Source: Candidatus Omnitrophota bacterium (GTDB lineage Bacteria; Omnitrophota; Gorgyraeia; Gygaellales; Gygaellaceae). From it: DNA of 64,000 nucleotides. Location of the stretch: assembly GCA_018400015.1 (NCBI GenBank), contig JAGYNB010000001.1, positions 264,124 through 328,123 of the forward strand. The letters run 5' to 3'. The notes beneath the pieces were generated by a model, which had not been told where the DNA came from, searched no databases, and saw only the letters and a list, made by a program, of their open reading frames with translations. Shown piece by piece: positions 38,022 through 47,052 of this stretch. Position 1 is the first letter of the stretch. Every line of letters begins with the position of its first letter. The position numbers and the translations under genes were made by a program.

Positions 38022-40571
38022 ATGCAGAGTACGTTTCCTGAGAATTTATCGATTCAAACTACATCCATTTGCAATGCTCATTGTATTTTTTGTCCTTATG
38101 AGCAGATTAAAGATAAATTTCCCGCAAAGGTTATGGATAATAGTTTGTTTAGAAAGATTATAGATGAATCTAGCTCTTATCGTCAAATCAAGAGAATAAT
38201 TCTTTATATGAATAATGAACCTTTGACTGATAAGTTTATTATTGAGCGGATTAATTATGCAAAGGAGAAAATTCCTTGGTCCAGCGTGCATTTATTGACT
38301 AACGGTAGTCTTCTGAATGATGCATTGATAAGAAATCTGCTAGATTCTCGGCTTGACTGGATTGGTTTTAGTTTACATGGGGTAAGGAAGCAGACTTTTG
38401 AAAAGACAATGGGCATAGACTATGATAAAACATTTAAAAATGTAAATAATTTTATAAACTCGGCGAAAGAAGTAAAAAATATAAAAGAATACGTAATGGT
38501 TACTTTTTTGCGCCATATATATTTAAGTGAATCTGAAAAAGAAGAAGCCTTTGCTTATTGGAAAAGCAAAGGTATAGAGAGAATTAGTTATTTTGATGGT
38601 CCTGTCAGCCGTGCCGGAAACGTAAAGAATATGCCAACGGTAAGAAATCATTCGGTTTATGGCTGTAATTCAATTTGGGCAAATGAGATGATGCATATAG
38701 TTGAGGATGGAAATGTTGTTGCCTGTTGCATGGATTGGAATAGAGAAATAAACTTAGGCAATCTTAATGCTGATTCGATTGCTCAGGTGTGGAATTCACA
38801 AAGTTACAACGAATTTAGAGAAAGAAGAGACGGTTTATTGTCTTCAGAAGAAGAATTTCTGTGTAAAAGGTGCGAAATGGCAAAGACCGGTGAAACAGAT
38901 ACTAATATCCGGACAAGAAATAGCGGCAATTTGGATATTGGATTAGTAACGCTTCCTCCTTGGGGGGTTGAGAATCCTCCTATTGGGCTGGGCTATTTAG
39001 ATTCGCACCTGAGGAACAAGGGTTTTAAGACAAAGATATTTGATTTTAATATTTTATTTCATAATAGTGTTGAAGATTCTTTAAAGATGCTTTGGCATGT
39101 GGAAAATAAAAACTATTGGAGCAATAAAGAGACATTTTCCTTGCTGGTTAATATTTTCAAGAAACAGATAGAGGAAACGGTTGCTATATTGTTGTCGTCT
39201 AATTGTAAGTTTTTTGGATTTTCTGTAGTTGATCCCAAGGAAAGAATTACAATAGAAGTTATAAAAAGAATGAAGAAGAAAGCACCTCAAATAAAAGTAA
39301 TTCTAGGCGGGCCCGCCTGTTCCAGCGATGTGCAAAGAGAATTCTTTTTGCATAATGCCCCTGGGGTTATAGATTATTTTGTTGTCGGAGAAGGAGAAGA
39401 AACTCTTGAGAAAATTATCGACAACGAGATTAAATCAATAAATCCCCCTAGGGAAAATGGTGTTGCATTTTATGAATCCAAGAAATGGCATTACATTCCA
39501 AGGGATCCGATAAAGCCCTTGGATAAAATCGGTTTCCCTAAGTATGCCGGTATCAATCTCAAGGAGTATAACGGAGGCCGTTCCCTTCTTGTAGAATGGT
39601 CCAGGGGGTGTATAGGAAATTGTAGTTTTTGTAAGAATTATCACTTGGTTAAGGGCTATCGCTTCAGAAGCCCTAAAAACATAGTAGAAGAATTAAGTTA
39701 TTTTGTAAACAATCATAATATACGCGAATTTACAGTATGCGACAGTTTAATGAATGGGAATTTTAAACAGCTCAATGACGTTTGTGATGAAATTATTAAA
39801 AAAGGAATCAATATTAGATGGTCTGGTCAAATTGCATCAAGAAAAGAAATGACTGTTGATTTATTCACTAAGATGAAAAGGGCAGGCTGTTTAAAGATGC
39901 AGATTGGTGTTGAGAGCGGTTCGGATTTAGTTTTAAAGAAAATGAATAAAATTTATACTTCGAAAATCTCCCGAAATACAGTAAGAAATGCAAATAAGGC
40001 GGGTATTGAAACGGAAATATTTATAATCATAGGTTTTCCCGGAGAATCGCATAAAGAATTTATGAAAACCTATGATTTTATAAAACATAACGCCGCCTAT
40101 ATTGATACAGTTAAATCAATTAATACGCTTCATTTAATCGCAGGCACAGAGGTTTATGAACAAAAAGAGAAGTTTGGCATAAAAGAACTTCCCAGTGAAA
40201 ACTGGCATTATCTTTGGGAGACAATAGATGGCAATAATTATTCCGTAAGGAAAGAAAGAGCACAAAAAATCTTGGATTTATGTTGGCGATTAGGTATTAA
40301 GGTTATGGAAACGAACATAAAAGAAGGCAAAGAGGCGTCAGCGACAGTTTATGAAAAAATGGCAATTCCACAAGCAGTAGAAAAATTAAAGTTTGAAATA
40401 AATAAATTACAGGGTTTGCCTCAGCAGAATAAGGTAAAAACAAAGATGAGAAGAAGTTGTCTGAAATATATTCTTCTTGTTCCTATAGTTTTCTATACTT
40501 TATTTTACATAATTTATTTCCAGTTATTTAGGTTGATAAAAGGCAGGTTTATATTAGGGGGAAGCGAATAA
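38022..40571 (+). CDS. Dual radical SAM fusion: N-terminal SPASM/twitch-type rSAM + C-terminal B12-binding rSAM, C-terminal TM anchor
   Basis: 849 aa; first domain CNAHCIFC with VACCMDWN...LGNL...VWNS SPASM-like tail; second domain B12-binding + SRGCIGNCSFC; hydrophobic C-terminus ILLVPIVFYTLFYIIYFQLF. Confidence 0.75.
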   Translation: MQSTFPENLSIQTTSICNAHCIFCPYEQIKDKFPAKVMDNSLFRKIIDESSSYRQIKRIILYMNNEPLTDKFIIERINYAKEKIPWSSVHLLTNGSLLNDALIRNLLDSRLDWIGFSLHGVRKQTFEKTMGIDYDKTFKNVNNFINSAKEVKNIKEYVMVTFLRHIYLSESEKEEAFAYWKSKGIERISYFDGPVSRAGNVKNMPTVRNHSVYGCNSIWANEMMHIVEDGNVVACCMDWNREINLGNLNADSIAQVWNSQSYNEFRERRDGLLSSEEEFLCKRCEMAKTGETDTNIRTRNSGNLDIGLVTLPPWGVENPPIGLGYLDSHLRNKGFKTKIFDFNILFHNSVEDSLKMLWHVENKNYWSNKETFSLLVNIFKKQIEETVAILLSSNCKFFGFSVVDPKERITIEVIKRMKKKAPQIKVILGGPACSSDVQREFFLHNAPGVIDYFVVGEGEETLEKIIDNEIKSINPPRENGVAFYESKKWHYIPRDPIKPLDKIGFPKYAGINLKEYNGGRSLLVEWSRGCIGNCSFCKNYHLVKGYRFRSPKNIVEELSYFVNNHNIREFTVCDSLMNGNFKQLNDVCDEIIKKGINIRWSGQIASRKEMTVDLFTKMKRAGCLKMQIGVESGSDLVLKKMNKIYTSKISRNTVRNANKAGIETEIFIIIGFPGESHKEFMKTYDFIKHNAAYIDTVKSINTLHLIAGTEVYEQKEKFGIKELPSENWHYLWETIDGNNYSVRKERAQKILDLCWRLGIKVMETNIKEGKEASATVYEKMAIPQAVEKLKFEINKLQGLPQQNKVKTKMRRSCLKYILLVPIVFYTLFYIIYFQLFRLIKGRFILGGSE

Positions 40572-40676
40572 TAATGTCGGTTATTTTGTTATGCTGGAGA
40601 GAATTTTTTTAAAAAATAAAATTGATTGGTTATTCGGTAGCGGCATAGTGGATTTGAAAAACAAAAGGTAAAGATT

Positions 40677-41840
40677 ATGCGTATTTTGATGGTTCATCCC
40701 CATGATATTCATTCATCAGTTGAACCTTGGACCAGAAGAGTCAAAAGTTTAGCGGAAGAGTTCGCGAAAAGCGGGCATGAAGTAAGATTGGTTTATTTTC
40801 CTTTAAAGAAAAGAGATCCAACTAACAGTAGTAACAATCTATATGAAGAGTTTGTGTTTAATCGTAATTGTTCTTTCACTAATTTTATTAAAAATACAGT
40901 TAAGTTAATAAAATTGGCTGAGTGGTCTGATGTTATGCATTTTCAAAAATGTCATCATTACGCCTCAATCCCTACAGTCATAGCAGCTTATATAAAAAAG
41001 AAGCCGTTACATTACGATTGGGATGATTGGGAAGAAATGATTTGGTATGAATCTTGCGGGAGAGGATTACATTCTTTGTTTATAGGATTTTCTTTTAGGA
41101 TTTTGGAAAGGTTTTTGCCTGTATTTGCTGATAGTGTATCTGTAGCAAGCCATCATTTAAGAACGCTTGCTTTGAAATATGGAGTAAATGAAGATAGGAT
41201 TTGTCTTGCTCCGGTAGGGGTAGATTCTAAAGAGTTTAATCCCTCTGTTGCATCGGGAAATATTAAAGATAACTATAATATTAAAGGAAATTTAGTGCTC
41301 TATGTTGGTCAATTACATGGTGCACAGTATATTGAGTTACTTATAAAAGCGGCAAAATCTGTACTGGAGCAAAGAAAAGATACCACTTTTATGATAGTGG
41401 GTGAAGGAGTTATGGAGAGAGATTTAAGGATCCTGACCAGGGATTTGGGCATAGATGACAAGGTAATATTTACAGGATCAGTTTCACATGGCCAAATTCC
41501 GGCGTATATAAACGCAGCGGATGTGTGTGTTGCTCCTTTTAGGGATACTTTGGTTACTCGTTGTAAAAGCCCTTTGAAGATAGTGGAATATTGTTCATGC
41601 GCCAAGGCGATAGTTGCAAGCAATGTAGGGGAAGTGAGAAGGATGCTGGGGGGAGTTGCCGTATTGGTTGAGCCGGGTAATTTCCAAGCTTTATCAGAAG
41701 GAATCTTGCGACTTTTGAATGAGAAGCAGTTAAGAGCTAATCTGGGAAAATTTGCACGTCTTCGCGTAGAGAAGCATTATAATTGGGCAAATACAGCAGG
41801 GGCAATATTTTCTTTATACCAAAGAATCTGCATAAAATAA
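40677..41840 (+). CDS. Glycosyltransferase, family 4 (GT-B)
   Basis: 387 aa; C-terminal EX7E-type motif region LKIVEYCSCAKAIVASNVGEV. Confidence 0.75.
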   Translation: MRILMVHPHDIHSSVEPWTRRVKSLAEEFAKSGHEVRLVYFPLKKRDPTNSSNNLYEEFVFNRNCSFTNFIKNTVKLIKLAEWSDVMHFQKCHHYASIPTVIAAYIKKKPLHYDWDDWEEMIWYESCGRGLHSLFIGFSFRILERFLPVFADSVSVASHHLRTLALKYGVNEDRICLAPVGVDSKEFNPSVASGNIKDNYNIKGNLVLYVGQLHGAQYIELLIKAAKSVLEQRKDTTFMIVGEGVMERDLRILTRDLGIDDKVIFTGSVSHGQIPAYINAADVCVAPFRDTLVTRCKSPLKIVEYCSCAKAIVASNVGEVRRMLGGVAVLVEPGNFQALSEGILRLLNEKQLRANLGKFARLRVEKHYNWANTAGAIFSLYQRICIK

Positions 41841-41850
41841 AATATTCATT

Positions 41851-42957
41851 GTGAAAATCTTATTTATAACAAGAGAAGGATATAAAATGGCGGGAGCCAG
41901 AATTCGTTGTTATAATTTTTCAAGAAATCTTATTGCCCGCGGCATTGATGCGCAGGTTGTGTCTTTTAAGGATGGTTTTGGCGCGTTTGACGGTGCAGAA
42001 GAATCAAAAATGACATTGAATGACAAAATAAGAGCAAATTTAAAGGTTTTAAATTATATAAGGCAGCAGAAGGACATAATCTTATTGATTCAGCGGTTTA
42101 ATTATCATTCTTTTGCACCTTTCTTGATGCATATTTTTGCAAAAACGAAAACTATTTTTGATCTTGATGATTGGGAAATGGATGAAAACCCAAGATATCA
42201 TTTTGGTTTTTATCCATCATCAAAAGCCCATTTTTTTTCAAAGGTTATCGCAAAAAGAAGTAATTTTTGTATAGGGGCCAGTAGGTTTTTGCAGGATTTT
42301 TTAAGCCTTTCAAACAAAAAAAGTTATTATCTTCCATCAGGCGTAGACACGGAAAAGTTTTATCCTGTTTATGATAATTTGAATAACCGGGAGTTTGTTT
42401 TTGCTTGGATAGGGACATTGAATAGAATGGAGTATATAGAGAATTTAGAGTCGCTTTTTCGTTGTTTTCAACAGGTAAGAAGAGTTTATCCATTTGTTTA
42501 TCTTGATATTATCGGTTCTGGTATATATGAGGTTGAATTAAAGGAAATAGTAAGGCTTATTGGAGATTCCCATATAAGGTTAAAAGGGTGGATTGATCCC
42601 GATAAGGTTAATAGTTATTTGGCATCGGTTAATGTTGCTGTTATGCCAATGGTGAGATCAAATAATTTTAATTTTTCCAAAAGCCCTGTTAAGCTTTTTG
42701 AGTATATGTCAACAGGAAAACCCGTTGTTGCAAGCAGTATAGGAGAAGCAAGCAAAATAATCCAAGACGGATCAAACGGTTTTTTGGCAAAAACAGAGAA
42801 AGAATTTACAGAAAAGATGCTTATTTTGGTCAATGACCCTGAGTTGTGTATAAAGCTGGGCAAAGAAGCTGTCAGAACAATTGAACAAAATTATTCATTA
42901 AATATCTTGGGTGATAAGTTGTATAACATGATTTTAGAGAATATACAATGTTCTTGA
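41851..42957 (+). CDS. Glycosyltransferase, family 4 (GT-B)
   Basis: 368 aa; KLFEYMSTGKPVVASSIGEA GT4 motif. Confidence 0.7.
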   Translation: MKILFITREGYKMAGARIRCYNFSRNLIARGIDAQVVSFKDGFGAFDGAEESKMTLNDKIRANLKVLNYIRQQKDIILLIQRFNYHSFAPFLMHIFAKTKTIFDLDDWEMDENPRYHFGFYPSSKAHFFSKVIAKRSNFCIGASRFLQDFLSLSNKKSYYLPSGVDTEKFYPVYDNLNNREFVFAWIGTLNRMEYIENLESLFRCFQQVRRVYPFVYLDIIGSGIYEVELKEIVRLIGDSHIRLKGWIDPDKVNSYLASVNVAVMPMVRSNNFNFSKSPVKLFEYMSTGKPVVASSIGEASKIIQDGSNGFLAKTEKEFTEKMLILVNDPELCIKLGKEAVRTIEQNYSLNILGDKLYNMILENIQCS

Positions 42958-43805
42958 GCATAGTTATTTTAACATTTAACAGCGGAGATTTTATAAAAAG
43001 ATGCCTTGATTCTTTGTTCTCTAATGTCTTAGAAGATACAGAAGTTATAGTTGTGGATAATGCTTCGACTGACAAGACAAAGGAGATTCTTAAATTATAT
43101 TCGTCTAAGTTACGATTTATCGCGAACGAAAGCAATCTTGGTTCCTGCGCAGGCAGAAATATTGCTATTGATAATTCTTCTGGTGATTGGATATTATTTT
43201 TGGACTGTGATATAGTCTTGCATAAAGATTTTATTGAGCAGATTATTCTTAAAATTAAATCTGTTTCAGGCCGGGTTGGTGCGGTTCAGCCGTTGATTCT
43301 TAAATCTGATTCAGAAACTATTTATTCTTGTGGAATTCGTCTTACTTTTCTTAGAAGGTTTTTTGATATTGGCAGGGATAAATCCGACAGAAGAAAATTT
43401 GCCTGTGAGAGAAGTATTTTTGGAGCATGTTCCGCAGCATCCGTTTATAGACGTAATATGATCGAGCAGATAAAAGATCAGTATGGTTATTTTGATGAGC
43501 GTTTTTTCTTTTTAGTAGAAGATGTAGATTTGTCGTGGCGCGCCAGAAAAAAAGGCTGGGAGACATTATTTTTTCCTGGTGCAAAATGTATCCATGCCGG
43601 CAACAGCTCATATTTTTCAAAACACTTAAGGCAGTATCTCAGTTTCCGCAATAGATACTATATGATATTAAAGAATGAAAATAAATATTTCCTTCTGCTA
43701 AAATCATTATTTTATATTTTTTACGATGTCCCCAGATTGGTTTTTTTATTATTTACTAATCCGTATATTTATCAGCGAAAGCTGAAATTATCCCAGCAGT
43801 ATTAA
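42948..43805 (+). CDS. Glycosyltransferase, family 2 (GT-A)
   Basis: 285 aa; SIVILTFNSG...VVDNASTD...LDCD DxD-type GT2 motifs. Confidence 0.75.
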   Translation: MFLSIVILTFNSGDFIKRCLDSLFSNVLEDTEVIVVDNASTDKTKEILKLYSSKLRFIANESNLGSCAGRNIAIDNSSGDWILFLDCDIVLHKDFIEQIILKIKSVSGRVGAVQPLILKSDSETIYSCGIRLTFLRRFFDIGRDKSDRRKFACERSIFGACSAASVYRRNMIEQIKDQYGYFDERFFFLVEDVDLSWRARKKGWETLFFPGAKCIHAGNSSYFSKHLRQYLSFRNRYYMILKNENKYFLLLKSLFYIFYDVPRLVFLLFTNPYIYQRKLKLSQQY

Positions 43806-43871
43806 CTTTCTTACCAGGTATGAGTTTATTCAGGGATAGCAGACTGATTATTTTTTTGCAAGTTAGAATAG

Positions 43872-44834
43872 ATGACTATAAATAAATTGATAAATAATAT
43901 GAAAATATGTTGTGTAATTGTGGCTTATAAAAATAAGCAATCATTGTTTAAATGCGTTTCTTGTGTTTTTGAACAATCGCTGGCAGTCAGCGATATAGTT
44001 ATTGTAAATAATCACGGCACGTTAGAGGATAATTTTAATTCAAGGATACCGATAACTATTATTAATAATTCAAACAATCTATTCTATGGAGTTTCGTTAA
44101 ATATTGCCATAAATAAGGTTCGGGCAGATTTTTATATTTGTTTAAATGACGACGCTTATATAGATAATAATTTTGTTAAAGAAGCAATCAAAGGGTTCGA
44201 CATTGGGGAAGATATTGGCATGGTCTGCGGTAAAGTTTTATCTTCTGATGGGATGAGAATAGATTCTGCTGGGTTATTTCTAGGATTAGCCAGGCAGCCT
44301 GTTGATAGAGGTCATCAAAAAGCCACAGCCGCAAGTTTTAATAATCAAAATTATGTTTTTGGTGTTCCCGGGGCTGTTGCTTTTTACAGAAAAACCATGT
44401 TGGATAGTGTTCGTATAGGAAGTGATTATTTTGATTCGGAGTATAAAATGTTTTATGAAGATATAGATCTGTGCTGGCGCGCCAATAGGTTAGGATGGCG
44501 TGCCTATTATGTTCCTTCGGCGCTTGCTTATCATCAAAGAGGGTTGAGTGCAAGAACTAACGATGGAGTTGGTAGAAGATTTGGCCGAAGGTTTTTAAAT
44601 AAAGAACTACATTTTGAATTGATCAAAAATAGATATCTTACGATAATAAAGAATGAAACCATTGCTGGTTTCTTAAGCCATATGTTGTTTATTATTGTTT
44701 ATGAGGCTGTTATTTGGTTGTATATTATTATTTTTAATCCTCTTATCGCCATGAATTTCATTCGGTTATTTTCGCTTAAGAAGGCTTTTAGAAAAAGGAA
44801 GCTGATAAATAATTTAGTTCTTAAAAAAAGTTAA
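43872..44834 (+). CDS. Glycosyltransferase, family 2 (GT-A)
   Basis: 320 aa; CCVIVAYKN...LNDDAY; shares GVPGAVAFYRK / EDIDLCWRA motifs with the preceding GT2 (paralogs). Confidence 0.7.
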   Translation: MTINKLINNMKICCVIVAYKNKQSLFKCVSCVFEQSLAVSDIVIVNNHGTLEDNFNSRIPITIINNSNNLFYGVSLNIAINKVRADFYICLNDDAYIDNNFVKEAIKGFDIGEDIGMVCGKVLSSDGMRIDSAGLFLGLARQPVDRGHQKATAASFNNQNYVFGVPGAVAFYRKTMLDSVRIGSDYFDSEYKMFYEDIDLCWRANRLGWRAYYVPSALAYHQRGLSARTNDGVGRRFGRRFLNKELHFELIKNRYLTIIKNETIAGFLSHMLFIIVYEAVIWLYIIIFNPLIAMNFIRLFSLKKAFRKRKLINNLVLKKS

Positions 44835-44858
44835 TTATATAATTTTATATTTAAATAC

Positions 44859-45989
44859 ATGAAGCGTATAAAAATACTTTTTATTATAACTTATCTTGAA
44901 CTTGGCGGTGCACAGAAGCAGTTGTTGTCGATATTGCAGTCGTTAGATAAAAAGCGTTATGATATTCATTTGTTTGCCGGTTCCTGCGGGTACCTTTTGG
45001 ATAAATTTAAAAATTTACAAGGCGTCACTTTAAAGCTATCTTCACATCTTAGGAGAGAAATAAGTTTATCTTGTGATCTAGCTTCCTTTCTGGAGATCTA
45101 TCATTATGTTAAGGTAAATGGATTCGATATAGTCCATTTGCACTCTCCCAAAGCTTCCTTTTTGGGGCGTTGGGCTGCATATTTAGCAGGCGCAAAAAAT
45201 ATTATATACACAGTGCATGGGTGGCCATTCCATGCTTTTATGAATCCTTTTTTGTTTTCTCTATATTGGATTATTGAGTTTAGCAGCGCCAGGATCACCA
45301 AGAAAATCATTGTAGTTTCCAAGGCAGATCTTAAGACCGGAATTACAAAATTCATAGCTGGGGAAAAAAAACTCGAGCTTATTTATTACGGTATTGATAT
45401 AGATAAATTCCATTCTATATCTTGCCATAGAAGAAATAGCTTTATAGACAATAAAACTATTATGGTCGTGTCTTCTTTTAAGAAACAAAAAGGCCTTAAT
45501 GATTTTCTGGTAGTTGTGAGTTTGCTTTTAAGGCAATTACCCGATACAAAGTTTATTCTTATTGGTAAAGGTCCTTTGTTTTCTGCTGTAAAAGATAAGT
45601 TAAAAAAAGAAAGTCTTGAAGGGTCTGTGGAGATGGTTGGCTGGCAGGAAAATATAGATATTTATTATGAAAAAGCCTCGCTATTATTATTAACATCCTT
45701 ATGGGAAGGTCTACCTGTTTGTTTGATTGAAGCGGTGGTTGCTGGTTTGCCTGTTGTATGCACTGATACAGGAGGGGTTAAGGATTTAATAAAAAATGCT
45801 GATAATGGAATAATAGTGCAGGTAAAGGATATCCTGGGCTTAAAAAATGCATGTTTAGACATGCTAGAAAACTATTCTGATTGGTATAAGAAAATAGTAA
45901 AATACAGATTTGATATTGATGTTTCTATCTGGAGCGATGATAGAATGTTAAGGCAACTGCAGGAAATTTATAGCGATATAGTTGAATAA
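44859..45989 (+). CDS. Glycosyltransferase, family 4 (GT-B)
   Basis: 376 aa; SLWEGLPVCLIEAVVAGLPVVCTDTGG GT4 motif. Confidence 0.75.
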   Translation: MKRIKILFIITYLELGGAQKQLLSILQSLDKKRYDIHLFAGSCGYLLDKFKNLQGVTLKLSSHLRREISLSCDLASFLEIYHYVKVNGFDIVHLHSPKASFLGRWAAYLAGAKNIIYTVHGWPFHAFMNPFLFSLYWIIEFSSARITKKIIVVSKADLKTGITKFIAGEKKLELIYYGIDIDKFHSISCHRRNSFIDNKTIMVVSSFKKQKGLNDFLVVVSLLLRQLPDTKFILIGKGPLFSAVKDKLKKESLEGSVEMVGWQENIDIYYEKASLLLLTSLWEGLPVCLIEAVVAGLPVVCTDTGGVKDLIKNADNGIIVQVKDILGLKNACLDMLENYSDWYKKIVKYRFDIDVSIWSDDRMLRQLQEIYSDIVE

Positions 45990-46017
45990 ATAACCTATTG
46001 TGTTAGAATAAATTACG

Positions 46018-47010
46018 ATGAAAATCGCATTATTTTTTATATTCAGTCTTGTTTTGAATGCAATATTGTTGAGTTTTGCTAATAAATTCGGTATAAAGTT
46101 TTCCTTATTCGGCAGGGAAAGGAAGATACCATTTACTGGAGGGCTAGCTATATTTTTAGGGTTTATTATATCTTTTGTTTGTATTGTTTTTTTTACTGAT
46201 TTAGTTTTTTCTTTTCAAGTCGTATGGTTCTTAGTTTTTTCTCTATTGATAATTATTGTTGAAACTGTAGATGATTTAAAGGATCTTTCTCTTAAGGCGA
46301 GGATATTTATACAGGTTTTAATAGTTTTTTTGTTTTTACTATTCTCAAAAAGGATTCAGATATATTTTCTCCCTGGTTGGTTAAATTATCTTGTTTCATT
46401 CATTTGGATAATAGGTATAACCAATGCTTTTAATCTTTTGGACATAGAAGATGGTTTATGCGGGGGAGTTAGTATTATAGTAGCAGCTTCATTATTAGTT
46501 ATTGCTTTGTTGAAAGTAGATTTGTTGATAATTTATTTGCTTTTGAGTCTGTTGCCTTCATTAATCGTATTTATATTTTTTAATTTCCCGCCAGCTAGGA
46601 TATTTATGGGCAATGCAGGAAGTCATTTCTTGGGTTTTTCTATAGCCGTTTTTTGCATTCAACAAGATTATGCCTTACCAAGCAATAAGATTTCTTTGCT
46701 GATTCCTTTTTTATTCTTAGTTGCGCCGATAATGGATACAATATATCTTGTTATCTCAAGAATAAGAAATAAAATACATCCTTTAAGAAAAAGCCCCGAT
46801 CATATATTCTTGCATCTTTTATCTAAAGGGTACTCTAAAAGGAAAATGTTGTTTTTGGTTTATTCTGTGACTTTACTTTGGTGTATGAGTGCAATAACGC
46901 TTTTTGAAGGGTTTAATTATATTTTTATCGTTTTGTTATTTCTTGCTGTTTTCTTAAGTGTGGTTGTTTATTTTATGGCTATTGGTGTAAAAGTTAATAA
47001 CAGTAGTTAA
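46018..47010 (+). CDS. wecA: Polyprenyl-phosphate HexNAc-1-phosphate transferase (WecA/MraY family), initiating glycosyltransferase
   Basis: 330 aa polytopic; ITNAFNLLDIEDGL (NAxNxxDGxDGL) signature. Confidence 0.75.
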   Translation: MKIALFFIFSLVLNAILLSFANKFGIKFSLFGRERKIPFTGGLAIFLGFIISFVCIVFFTDLVFSFQVVWFLVFSLLIIIVETVDDLKDLSLKARIFIQVLIVFLFLLFSKRIQIYFLPGWLNYLVSFIWIIGITNAFNLLDIEDGLCGGVSIIVAASLLVIALLKVDLLIIYLLLSLLPSLIVFIFFNFPPARIFMGNAGSHFLGFSIAVFCIQQDYALPSNKISLLIPFLFLVAPIMDTIYLVISRIRNKIHPLRKSPDHIFLHLLSKGYSKRKMLFLVYSVTLLWCMSAITLFEGFNYIFIVLLFLAVFLSVVVYFMAIGVKVNNSS

Positions 47011-47052
47011 TTTTTTTCGTTACAATATATACGTTATGTTAGTTAAAATAAT

